64,000 nt of DNA from positions 2,356,001-2,420,000 of the forward strand of contig NC_027218.1 in assembly GCF_000981445.1 (NCBI RefSeq), in the 5' to 3' direction. The stretch is from Babesia bigemina (Eukaryota). The notes beneath the pieces were generated by a model that worked only from the letters and a program-made list of their open reading frames with translations, did not search any database and was not told where the DNA came from. Below are positions 32,806 to 45,312 of this stretch, one piece after another (position 1 is the stretch's first letter; the number at the start of each line of letters is the position of its first letter). The position numbers and the translations under genes were made by a program.

Positions 32806-34299
32806 ATGGAGTTGGAGTATTTCCCGATCAAGAACCTCACCACTTACACCTCAAACTGGACCATTAAGGCCAGGATCCTGGAGAAGGCTCCCCTCAGACA
32901 GATAAAGGGCGACAACCACCTCATGCACATAGACGTCGTCGACAAGCATGTGAGTCAACCGGACGTAACCAGCTGTATAAATGTGCAGGGCGACAGCATC
33001 AGGGTGAAGTTCTGGGGCAAAGCTGCAACGAAATGGGACGAGGTATTGCAGAAGGGGAAGGTAAGGCAGACGACGGTGGCGTCACACGGTTCCGCAGGTG
33101 TACACCTTCTCAAAGGGAACGGTGGAGCTGTCTAACAAAAGGTTCAACACCACGCCGCACAACTACGAAATCACGTGCCACCAGGAGAGCATCATAGAAT
33201 CCGTGGAGGACGCGGGCGACATTAAGCTCCAGCGCGACCACAAGCTGCTCACCCTCCGAGACATCAAGACTATGCCCAACGTCACTCAGGCGCCAGTCGA
33301 CCTGCTCTGCATCGTCAACGCCGTGCAGCCGGCGGCGAACGTCACCACCAAGGCCGGGAAGGAAATCTCGAAACGCGTTGTGATGCTGGTTGACGACACC
33401 GGATACGAGATGGAGCTGACGCTCTGGGCCGAACACGCGAACAACGAGGCAGTCGAGCAGATGGAGGGGAAGGCCGTAATTGCGGAGAAGGTCATCATCA
33501 GGGAGTGGCAGGGCGCCAGAAGCTGTCAAACCTTGTCGTCGTCAGAGGTCCAACTGGCTACGCAGGACAACATCAGGGACCATACCAGATTATCGCAGCT
33601 GCAAAAATGGTTCGAGGACGCGAAGGCCAAAAACGAGACCTTCAAGACCATGCGGCCCCAAGCTGTCAGTGCCAGGGACCAGTACGAGCTGGCCGACATG
33701 GTAACGGTGGCCGATAAGACCAAGGGCGGGTACATTGTTAAGGGCAAATTGCGGAAAATATTCTGGAAGAACAAGGACGGCGTGGCCAAAATGTGGTACC
33801 AGGCGTGCCCCATGTGCACCAAAAAGGTCATCATGGACGGTGATGACAACAGGTACAAGTGTATATCCTGTGGAGACGCCACTGTGGTGCCTGTGCCCAG
33901 GTACATGTTCTACTGCAACTTCACGGACCACACCGGCAGGCTGACAGCGCAAATCGCGACCGACATCGGTAGGTTGCCGACCGACCGTTTCATACATTAT
34001 CAGGCGAGAAGCTGCTCGGCAAGACGGCGAAAGAGTTGGAGGAAATGGACCCCGACAAGCTGAAGCGATTCTGCGATTTTGAAGCGACGCACCGAGATTA
34101 CAAGGTCAGCGGGTACATCAAAACAAGGGTCTACAACGGCGAGACCAAGCACAACTTCACCGTCACACGCGTGGAACCGTTGGACTATGCGGCCGAGGCT
34201 GCGCTTATGCTGGAAAACATGCGCATCACTTATGACGACGTCCTCAAATTCCTGGATATCAAAACGGACGAAAGGGACTCCAAGAAGGCGAGAGTTTAA
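32806..34299 (+). CDS. RPA1: Replication protein A large subunit, short form, 4 exons
   Basis: FPIKNLTTYTSNWTIKARI, LVDDTGYEMELTLW, zinc finger YQACPMCTKK...CISC, FTDHTG; three short introns. Confidence 0.92.
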
Positions 34300-34814
34300 A
34301 CCGCCGAATAGAGTTGCTCATTGCAACTGTACAATCGCTCCGATTCGGCCCCATATGTGGCGATGCACGTTGTCTTGACGACAGGGAATCAGCGAGGCTC
34401 ATACACATCGCCAGAGCCTACCATTGCGTGTAATCGCAGGGAGCCGAAATGTCTTTAACTTCCGAGTTATATGTATTTCTTCTGATTGTGATGACACTCG
34501 TGGGTGGCATAACTGTGACTTTTGAACCAATGTGCACGTAGTCGTGCCCTGGCGTTACCGTGGAAGGCGGCGTTAGACATTGCGCGAAACAACATCTGCC
34601 GCCACTGCTAGAAGGCTGCATAGTTTCAACACGTAATTATAGATATACTTGTCGCCGACTGCGAACTCTAGACCTGAACGGCATAAAACGGAGTTTGTTG
34701 ACTCCGACACACTGAGGAAGGCTCCCTTCTTGGTATGTGCATAGCTCAATAACACGGGCAAACCATTAAAGGGCGCCAAGAACTCGGTAATAGTCACACG
34801 CCAATGTGGTCCCG

Positions 34815-35901
34815 ATGAAGCTCCTGGCCCTTATTTCCGGTGGCAAGGATGGAATCTACAGCATCATCGCAGCCCAAAGGGAGGGGCACGAGGTGGTGAT
34901 GCTAGGGCACCTTTCGCCAAAGGACGGCGACCAGGTTCACGAGCTCGACAGCTTCATGTACCAGACGATCGGGCACAATATAGTGCCGGCGATAGCTGAG
35001 TGCATGGAGCTCCCCCTGATAGAGCGCCAAATAACAGGTACGCATTGCGCCTAAAACGGTCACATAAGAATCCTGATATTGCCAGTTATCAAGCTACAGG
35101 CGCGCCAGTGGTCACTGAATCCCTCGAGTATGCGCCAAAAGAGGGCGACGAGGTCGAAGATCTCTACCGCCTTGTCGTCGACGCCATGGTCAGTGGTACC
35201 CGCAATGCGCGTAAATGAAAACAGAATGAGCGTAACGACATAGAAGCCATACTAACAGGCGCTATCGCATCTCAATACCAGCTTCAACGCGTTTCAAATG
35301 TGTAGGTTTTAAATTCGGTACACCGCATTAAAGTCATACCCCCGTAAAATAACGAATGACCGTCCGTCGATCTATAAATCGCCTTTAAAGTTTTTCATGG
35401 CAAGATTAGCACGTGTAAATCACGCAAACACTACTGTCTAACCTTTCTTCAGGGCTAATCGGCTGGGTCTTAAAACTGTGCAGCCCCTCTGGGGGCGCGA
35501 GCAGAGCGAACTGCTCGCCGAAATGATAGAAAACGACATGAACGCAATCATCATTAAGACCTGCTCCATGGGTAAGTCGCAACACTGTCACGATAGTCTA
35601 ACGGCAACACGATCTGTGTTGCGGGGCCGTGGACGAATAACATGCATTTGCAGGGCTCAACGAAAAACACCTCGGCAAGTCAATCCGTGAATTGTATCCG
35701 GAATTCCTCGAAATCAGGGACAAGTACGGATTCAATGTCTGCGGTGAGGGAGGCGAATTCGAGAGCCTCGTTATCGACTGTCCCATTTATAAAAAAAGAA
35801 TCGCAATCACGGAGCACAGACACATTCTGCACTCACCAGACCCATTTGCGCCTACTATGTTGTTCGTACCGGTTAAGTGGCAACTGCAGCCGAAGGTCTG
35901 A
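34815..35901 (+). CDS. DPH6: Diphthine-ammonia ligase, multi-exon
   Basis: ALISGGKDG, ELDSFMYQTIGH, GDEVEDLY, GAIASQYQ, PLWGREQ, NVCGEGGEFESLVIDCPIY. Confidence 0.92.
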
Positions 35902-36928
35902 ACCATCAGCTAAATGTAATGTGTTAGCAATATGCTGCCGTGCCTACGGATAGCTTATAAATGTGCATATACCATTGTCGAATTTGTTGCAATAGGCAAG
36001 CGCTGGGATGCCTAGGAGCTCACTTTGGCTACGCGTCCCCGAGTTCCGTAGAGGAAGGCGAAAATGTGTCACAGATTGGACGTGAAACAATGTATACGGG
36101 AATTATATGGTCTCCAACCATTTAGGTGTGTATCAGCACTGGTTTTCCGAAACTGGGCAACAGACACTTAGGGACGACGATAATAGGTCTGCCACGGGGG
36201 CGACGGCTAGCAGTAGCAGCCATTTTCGTCGCGTTCGAGCGCTATGGGGGAGAATAGAGGGCGGGCGGCGGCGCTTGCCCGAACCACGCAATTCAGTCTT
36301 TGTAACCCGAAGACTGCAACAAAATATACGTCTATTACCAGCGATGATGATACGGCAAACCGTCACTATGACATTACGCCTCAGATAACTGAGCTGGACC
36401 ACGAATCCAAACACAAATGGAACAAGTGGGATTCCGTATCAACGTTTTCACACACATTCCCACTGGCGAACGTATTCACCTAAGATGTGCCTAAGGCCTC
36501 GTTAAGTGGTGTCTAAAATATATTGCGGCAAAGTTGTTGCAAAAAACATAAAACCACCTTGCACTCACAAGTGTATACTCGCTGAGCTCACGCGCACTAT
36601 TAAAGCACTTATACAAGCTTGCCTTATAGATAAATTACAATTTCTTGCTCTTCGGAGTCACCAGTTACGGCCGCTGTCCGGGTGTCGGAGGTGTAGTTGT
36701 GACCTGCGTCGCGGACCGTGCTGACAGTTTGGGCACGTTTGCTGCACAAGGATTTTTAGACGGTATTTATAACCCGTTACTAAATTATTGTTGTCTGGCC
36801 GGTATCATCGACAGTTAAACGCCACGAGGTGTATTGGCGCGTCGATACGGCATCCGAAGTACCCGTCAACTGTGATCCGAGAGATCAAATCCGGCTTGAA
36901 GGACACACATTTCACACAAATCGCAACC

Positions 36929-37373
36929 ATGCACCGCCTCAAGGAGCTCACCGAGGCGAAAGTCTACATCATCGGCGATGAGGTAAGGCAAAGCAGACCG
37001 TGACGTAAACTTTTACGTAGGACACCGTGGTCGGATTTCTGATGGCTGGAATAGGCAGCAAGGATGGATTGGGGCGCACTAACTACAAAATCATCACAGC
37101 CAGTGAGTCCTAGCTGATTGAGATGCGACCTAACATCCCGTTGCAGAAGTGGGCAAGCAAGAGATTGAGCAGACCTTTAATGAATACAAGGATCGACGGG
37201 ACTGTGGCATCATCATCATCAACCAGCACATTGCGGAGCAGATCAGAACCGCGATAGACCTCCACTCTGGGCCAATCCCCGCCATCATAGAGATACCCAG
37301 CAAGGAGCAAGCGTATGACCCCAACAAGGACTCCGTCACGCAAAAGATCAAGGTCCTGTTCGGGGAAACATGA
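36929..37373 (+). CDS. ATP6V1F: V-type ATPase subunit F, 3 exons
   Basis: IIGDE|DTVVGFLMAGIG, GIIIINQHIAEQIR, IPAIIEIPSKEQAYDPNKDSV. Confidence 0.93.
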
Positions 37374-37563
37374 TTGCAACAACTTAACGCCACCACTATC
37401 GAAACAACACGGGGCTAAAGCGTTGAACATGTACAGTGCCGCCTTAACGGCGCAAAGTAACCTGCGGCGCAACAGTGCTGCAATGGCACAGACAAACGAT
37501 AAAACTTATATACATTAAATCTTAACATTCGTGACTGCAGAATCTTGTGGTAATATACGAAGC

Positions 37564-38852
37564 TCAAACGTCCAGAATAGGCTCAAACTGCTTGGTCTCT
37601 CGGGCCATCTTGATGAACGTCGAGTTCTCGTCGTACGACTCGTCAGTGTCATCTGACGTAATGTGCGGGGTGAAAGTCAGACCATCGCCTATGCGATCGT
37701 CGATTGGCAAGAGCCAGAAGAGCGGGTTTCTGCCCAGGACGCAGGAGATGTTCTCGTACAACGTGCCCGACCAGATGGAACGGTCCAGCCACATGCAACT
37801 GTACGTCCCCTTCTCGCAGATGTCGAGCGTAGTGTACGCCTCGCACATCAACCAGATATGGAAGATCAAAAAAATACTGCAAAGTACAAACGCCAAGATC
37901 GATATTGCCTCGCCAACGATCAGCGCAATGTACTGTTTTGTTGGAACCTGCACCGCATTGAAAGCATCACAACGCAACATATATAACACATTTCAATCTT
38001 TGCACTCAGCAGGAAATACATGTGACGCAGACAACACGAATTTATACGAACACAACCAAAACTAACCACTGGATTCCTCATCACATGGCGCACGGTGGGG
38101 TAAGAGAAGGTGGAGACCAGGCCAGAGAGGACAACAGCGTAGAAGACAGACAAGAAAAAGAACTTGTGGTTGGCCCAACCGATGCAGTTATTCACCCACA
38201 GGCAATGGTGGTCCATCTTCAGCACGCAGCGGCCACATGTTGAGCAGTGGTGGGCCCGGTCCGGCTTGTAAACGGAACACCACTTGCACGAACGACGATC
38301 TCCGGACTTCGTGGTCTCGCATACTGTCGGCGGAGCGCGCTTTTCACTGCCCGGGTACATGCACCAGTCCAACGTTTCAGGCACACGCCCAGGGTCGACA
38401 GTGGCGCACAGGATGTAGTTCAACAGGAACATTAGACAGGAGATGCTAGTGCTGAGCAAGATGGCGACCGTTTTGTTGCTCAGCACTCCCAAATGGCTTA
38501 CGTCATCCTCGATGGCTGGCTTGAGATGATAGAAGACGAAGATCGTGTAGGCAGTGGCTAAGCTCGCGACCACCACCACCACAGGTAGGCAGTGAATGAA
38601 TGAGGTACCCGACGAAGTCGGCTTCACAGCAGAAGCCGATTTCGCGCGAACACGCGCGGAACTCAAATTGCGATCTTGACTGCAAATAAGCGGGTCTGTG
38701 TCATTATCCGCTGGCACCGAAGTGGTCCGCCTCGGCAGGAACGATGTGTAGGTCGCCATCCGGCGGGGCGACGAGCGCTGAGAGCTCTGAGCGGGGGAGG
38801 GCGTCACAGACGCCTCCACGGCTTGTGAAATGTCTAAACTAAGCGCGTCCAT
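37564..38852 (-). CDS. DHHC palmitoyltransferase, 2 exons
   Basis: CKWCSVYKPDRAHHCSTCGRCVLKMDHHCLWVNNCIGWANHKFF; YTTLD and ENISCVLGRNPLFWLLP. Confidence 0.92.
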
Positions 38853-39052
38853 CAAGGCGTCACCAAGCTAGGCATCACTGCCACACCCCAAGGGAAACGT
38901 GACACACTGACACAGTGTATCCTCCCATCACAGACGGGAGATATTAGCGTCTCTGGTTGCGCTTCGGTGTCTTTCAAATGTTCGACGGTGCTTACACCCT
39001 CCGGGAACGCGTTGTCTATACGAAGCACCCGGATGCATACGCGCGCCGGCAG

Positions 39053-40626
39053 TCAGAGAAATACGGATTCTCGGAACAGCTCGCGAACGCTAAACACGTC
39101 CGCGTCAACGAGTTTGGAGTTCCAGTACTCGGTGTCACAGCCTAGAGCCTGCAAAACGTGAGACACGGGAGCACATCGCTCACCTTCTGGCAGCGAAAGC
39201 TTGAGAGGATGAAAAGAGTAAACAGACATTTCCAGTCGTCGGTGAACTTCAAAAATACGTAACACACCAACGGGCTGCACTTGTGTATGCTAAGAAGCAA
39301 TCCGTTTGTCGATTTGCCAGCCTCTTCCACCTACACATCTGTCGGTTGCGCCTCGGTGTACTCACCTCAAAGTCCGCAAATTCCAACGACGCAACGCCTC
39401 CATCACCTCCAAACACACGAGAATTGTACACCTTCCGCATGTTTGTTACAGAGCACGACTCTGTCTGTTGTGAATCTCGATCCTTCAACGTGACGCCGTT
39501 GAAGTCCACCGTCAATTCGATACGGCCACCATTCTCACCCGGTGACGACACAACGCCGCGTGAGAGGTCGTCGTCGAAATGCAGCTGCGCTTCCGTGCGA
39601 TAGGAGCCCTGAGCGAGGCTTTCGAGGATCTGCAGTGACCACTCGTCAGACATGGACACAGGTCCAGCTACGCACCAACTCGATACCTCCTGACCTCACA
39701 TGTGCACCTAACCGTACTGACTCACGTAGAACTGAGGGTGTGGGACGTAGCCGGCCTTGGTGGCAGCGGATACGTGCGGGTCGTACACGCCCACTTTGGG
39801 CTTGCTGAACTCGTCGACGGCCTGGTGCTCCACCCGGCGATGGGCTCGGCAGAATACATATTTCCCCACGGCATCGAATGGCAGCATAAACGTGGGACCT
39901 CTGCCGACGCAATCGGGGTCATACCGATCTGCGCAATTGTAGTCCAGACCTAGAAACCTGCAGCCTGTGACATGCAGAGATTGGCACTCACCACTCGTAG
40001 TCTAGAACCGCGAACTGTTCGCGATATGGGGACATATCCACGCATTCCACAGTGCCTCCGTGGATGGTTACCCCCTCGACGCATACAGGATGCGCCTCCG
40101 GGTCAAGCACGCCGGGTTTGACACGGATGTTGGGTAAATCGCCCAAATAAACGCCGCGTATATCGTTTTCCTCCACTTCCGACTCGGATAAACGACTGAA
40201 GTCGTCGGCATAAGATGACACCGTGACTTCACTCGTAATGGAAGAACGTTGGATGAAGCTCTCTAGGCTGTAGCGGTACTCCAGCGCGACATCGGCCGAA
40301 GCCCGATCCACCGACTCAGCCTCCTCCTGCGATACATGCTCCCACAGAGGAACTATGTGGTCTTCCACGTCGACTCGGGTCATATACTGCGTCCATGTAA
40401 TGGCAGTCAGGCCGACTTACCGAATCACCGTGCAACTGCGGGCGTACTGGCGCGACGGTATTACGAAAGCGAGGCTGCAGTATCATGAAGCGGTTGTCTA
40501 ACCATAGAAATGCGACGAATCAGTCGCAGACTGTACAAATAGGGTACAACTCACCTTTCGTGGCAGTTCGTCGTCTTTACCGCCGCCCAGCTGCAGACGA
40601 CGGAAGGCAGCAGGTAATCCAGACAT
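39053..40626 (-). CDS. Multi-exon hypothetical protein
   Basis: Chain of coding-like ORFs (39988-40383, ~39722-39955, 39360-39690, 39053-39150) separated by short GT-AG introns; putative first exon MSGLPAAFRRLQLGGGKDDELPRK; exon boundaries approximate. Confidence 0.6.
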
Positions 40627-41084
40627 CGTGCGGCAGTACTGACACACACTTCTGTGACGTATAATGATGCCGGAAATTGGCAGATAGCAGTCTACCGACG
40701 CCTAGGTAGACAGCGTCGCTCTACACATTCCACACACACGTAACACGTTTAACTGCGTTTCGATCCATAAAGAAGGTCCATCGGCACTCTTGGTAAACAA
40801 ATACGTTAATAACAACAGAATAGGGGGCGTGAACGCGCACAGATTACCGCTACAACAGGAATCCTACCTTACATGTGCACGCACAACAACGTCGCAGCCG
40901 GAAAAGTTGGCGCTGCAGGCATTCTTGCTTCATTAGTTGCAAAATGTTGAGTGGATTATTGTTGGCAAGATAAAATGATATAGGCAATAGCACAAAACCA
41001 TCCCACGGTGGCACAAATATTTGATATAAACTCATTTTACTTAACGCGGTTTGACGCCAAATAACTCGGTCACAGCAATAAATC

Positions 41085-42524
41085 TCATGGGCTTGTAACA
41101 GATAGCGATTTGATGAAATCGCGCTTTTCAGTCTTCGGAATCGTGTGCGCCATCACCCGGAGACACTCCAGACACTTGCTGATGGAAAAGTCCTAGTGAC
41201 AATGCAGAATTCATAACGGAGCTTAACCCACCTCCTTGTACTCCTTGCCGCTGTTGTTGTCCTTGGTGATGACCAGGAAACACTTCTTTTTGGAGCCCTC
41301 TTTGAACGCACCAACGGCTATCTCGAAGCCAACCAGCGATCTGTGGCTCTTACACAGCTTCTCGTAGGCACGTGGGTGGAAGTCCAGAACGAATTTCAAC
41401 TACAAACTTTGATATGGTAGGCAAAGAAACCCACCAGCACTCCGGCCTGTGAGTCAACAGCAATCGCAGTACCGTGGTCAGACGACTCGAGGACGCCGTT
41501 CAACAGAGGGCGGATAGACCCGAAGTTCCTGATCACCAGACCGTTGATTTCCAAAGGAGACGACATTATCTCCGAATGGATGCGCTGCAGTTCCTTGTTG
41601 CGAGAGCTCAATATGCTGGGTTTGAGGGTAGAAATGAACTCCTTGTACCTCTCTTCGCTGTCAACCAGCGAAACATGTAATACAGCTCCTTCCAATTCCG
41701 GCGCAAGCTCCTTCACAGCCGTCATGACTTCCGGAGATTTGTTCACCCAGGCGAAACAGGTCCCATTGTCGGAGACGGGGGAAATGAAGCGAACCCGCAC
41801 CTAAAACACTATATAGTACGGCTAACAACAAACAAACCTGCTTGTCCTTTTGCAGGGCTTCTTTCACCGGGGTCCATTCACGAACGCTCTCGGGAACGTT
41901 GGAAATGAACAGGATGGGTCCGGCCGCGTGATAGGTGTCGTGCGTTTCACCGAACTTCTTTTTCTTTTCAAACAACTTCCTGCCCTCGAAACGAGGTAGA
42001 CCGTCGTTCTTGCGCACGTACAGTGTGCCAGAAATCTCTTCCAAACTGATGCCAGGCAGTGGATTGGCGTCCAGTGCGGACTTCACATCTTCGGAGGTGG
42101 CCTTGATGTCTAGCATCCTTTTGGCGCTCAAAATGTACTTTAGCTCCAGCACATTCTGCAGTATTTCTCATTATAGTTAGATTATAAGCCCACCTCAACA
42201 CCCGCTTTCGAGCTGTCTTCGGTAAACTTTTGGTGGTAAAAGTTGTCACGGCTCAGGTTCTCATTGGACAAGTAGTGGCCAATCTGGCGCTGAATGAACC
42301 TCAGACGCTGTTCTGGAGTTGCGTGCGATAATACAACCTTGAACTCTTCATCTGTGACGCGGGATTTGCCCAAAAGAGTTTCAACGACTTCAACGCTCGA
42401 AGAGTCAGTCACCAAACGCTTCTTGGAAACACCACCCTCATCTGGAACAAACATAAACGATTGTAATTCACAACTAACCGCCATCAGCTTCGAGTGTTCG
42501 CTTCGACACCTCAGTGTCCGTCAT
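41085..42524 (-). CDS. La-motif protein with C-terminal DUF3223 (DCL-like) domain, multi-exon
   Basis: La motif IQRQIGHYLSNENLSRDNFY; RRM-like ILFISNVP...VRFI...TCFAWV; spliced C-terminus VLDFHPRAYEK...CFLVITKD...|DFSISKCL. Confidence 0.8.
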
Positions 42525-42881
42525 TGTAGCAGGAAAGGAGGATAAGAAGAACCGTCAATGGAATCACGCGGCACACAACCAATGTAGACTAGCAGTGTTA
42601 CTTAACGATGAAACTTCTATCCATACTAAGCAACTTATCTATATTGTTTGTGTATACGAAATGGAATTATAATAAGTAAATCATCCCGTTAGTGTAAAAG
42701 CCATACTGCACCTCGCCCGTGTGCCGATTGTGGGTGGTGGGCTACGGCGATGCACATTGAAGTAAGCACAGGTTCGAGTTTACATTTCTGGGCGTTTGTG
42801 GGTGTCAGGGTGCGCTGCTGGAGTGGCGCCTGCGGTCGCTGTCTGACGCCGTGCCGTGCCAGCGGACAACCACGCGGCAGG

Positions 42882-44867
42882 ATGAAGATCAACCTGTCGT
42901 CGGACGATATCAACCTTCTGGTCTACCGGTACCTCATAGAGAACGGGTGAGTTACGGGCGCAGCAGAACTCGGCCGCGCGGACCCGGCGTGACGGCCAAA
43001 TGCTCACACAGCAGACTAAGCGGTGCGCAGGTACAGCCACACGGCCTTCTCTTTCAGCAAGGAGGCGGAGATACAGCGGAATCCATACTACAACAACCAT
43101 GCGGACAAGCTGCCGCCGAACGCGCTAGTATCCTTCATGCAGAAGGCCATGATTTACATCTACCTCGAGTACCACACTGACGACCTCACCGGCGAACAAA
43201 TCGTGTGCGAGGAGCCCTTCTCGTTCTTTCGGAAACACGCGTGCTTCCGCAAACTGGGGCAACAGAATGGCCTGCCCATCAAGGAAACGATGCTCCTCGC
43301 TGCAGAGCAAAACGAGCTGGCACGCGAGGTTGCCCGTCATGGACACAAAAGCACCTGCAATGCGTCGCCAGGCAGACATTCAGGTACGTTCAGTTCACAA
43401 TACTTGCGTTATAACGGTTGTACGTACGTATGTGTCTATGTATGTGACAGTGGTCGACATGACTGGCACCGGGTGGTTGCAATCGGCAGCGTGCCTCATC
43501 ACGGCGTTCACAGATATCCTATGGAGTTTGTAAAATGCAGAACGATGGCATACCTGACACATGTACCGATTGTATATTTAGTCATATCAATGCAGACATG
43601 GCAAATGACCGTGGCGAGTCTCAGGATGGAAGCGCGCTGGCTCAGATCCCACCCATATACGTGGGACCGCCGCAGAGGAGACTGGCCGACAGGTGGCAGG
43701 TGTCCGGCTACATGTGTCTGATGGATTACGGGCCTTTGGGCGCAGCAGCGAGTGCGCAGTTTAACCCCGCCGTACCGGGATACATCGCAAAGAGGTGAGT
43801 GACGTTGATACGCGCCGACATGCGAGCGCAGAGTGGAGGGGGCGCCGCCGGCCCTGTACGACATTTCGAAGGTGGGGAAAATCAAGACTTGCGAGATCGT
43901 GCCAACCGTCGCTAAACTCACCGAAACGGACGGCGGTCCGGCGGGCGTAGGCACCTGCCTCAGGTGGCGGTACGACGGTCACGCGCTCTGCACGGGATAC
44001 GAAACAGGCGCAGTTGTCATCTGGGACAAAAAAGGCCGCCGGATGTGCGGAGGCAGGCTAGGCAGAGCACCGATAACGGCGGTGGCATTTTCAGGAAACC
44101 GGCGATTTTGGAACGACACTGATGATGTGAACACCGTATGCAAATTGGCTGCGGGAGACGCGGCGGGCAACATCCAAGTGTTCAAGATAGAAAATGGCAT
44201 CCACCACGTCACGGTGTACAACCAGGGCGCCGTGGTGACGGAGATAGACTGGAGGGACCACGACGTGTTCGCCGCAGCCAGCGCAGATGCGACAGTTCGC
44301 ATATATAACACTGCCACAAACGCGAGCGCAATCCTGCAGGATGCCGTGCAATCTAATCCGCAATTCATGGAGTGGGGACCTACAGGGAAGTGTCTGGCAA
44401 TGCTCGATAGCACGGAAACGCTCAAAATATACAAGCCAGACGGCCATGGCCTGCAGGGAGGCGTAACGTCGCTCAGGGCACACACCAAAAGCATCATCGC
44501 AGCGTCGTGGCAGTATGGACACCATGCGAAATCCGCGAACAAAATATGCACTGTCGCCATGGACAAGCAACTGCTAGTTTGGGACGTCGCCACTGAAACA
44601 GTGGTTTCTTCCATCCTCATCGACCAGGTCCCAACCACCATAACGGTGAACACATCAGACACATTCGTCGCCGTAGGTACGTATGGAAACCTTATCAAGG
44701 TCTTCAACCTTCCGTCGCTCACGCTCAGCTGCTCATTCTGCGACCAGAACCTACCAACCAGCATCACGTGGGCAGCCGATGACGAGCATATCGCATACAA
44801 CGTGTACAACCAGCAGAGAACACCGGTGCTGCCGGTAACCACATCGGCTTCCTTCGTCGCTGACTGA
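42882..44867 (+). CDS. TBL1: TBL1-like LisH + WD40 corepressor subunit, multi-exon
   Basis: NLSSDDINLLVYRYLIENG|YSHTAFSF...LPPNALVSFMQKA, then WD40 repeats (IDWRDHDVFAAASAD). Confidence 0.85.
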
Positions 44868-45312
44868 GGGGCTTGTCGCTTTAAGAATAGCTCGTCAACG
44901 AACTTTATTCTCGCTTAGGCGACACTTACACGGATAATTTTGCTCTGGTAATTCGACATTCGATAGCTGCAGCTGAAAGGCTCGAGTACGCGTGTCTAGT
45001 ACAGCGTGCCAACGGAGCTATGGGGACTCTGACGTTGTAATGTGCGGGAAGCTCGGCCGTTTTATATGGATTCCAACGCTAAATATTACACGTTATTCAA
45101 CTGATGAGGAGTAATGGTCTGTTAACTTGTTGGAAGGGCTCTGCCATACCGTCAGCCGAGCCGCCTGTACGTTGGCTGGATTCGCCTAACTAGACAGGCT
45201 CCTTCCGCTTCAAGACGTGCTGCGGGACAAAATAATTAGAGTGTGTGTCGTATTACGCGTTGTCTAAGGGCAACAAAGGTTGCACGTGCAGCGGTGTACC
45301 TGAGCGAGGACC

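Noticed and set aside
36107..36483. Short ORFs between DPH6 and V-ATPase F
   Set aside because: No motif and no consistent splice model
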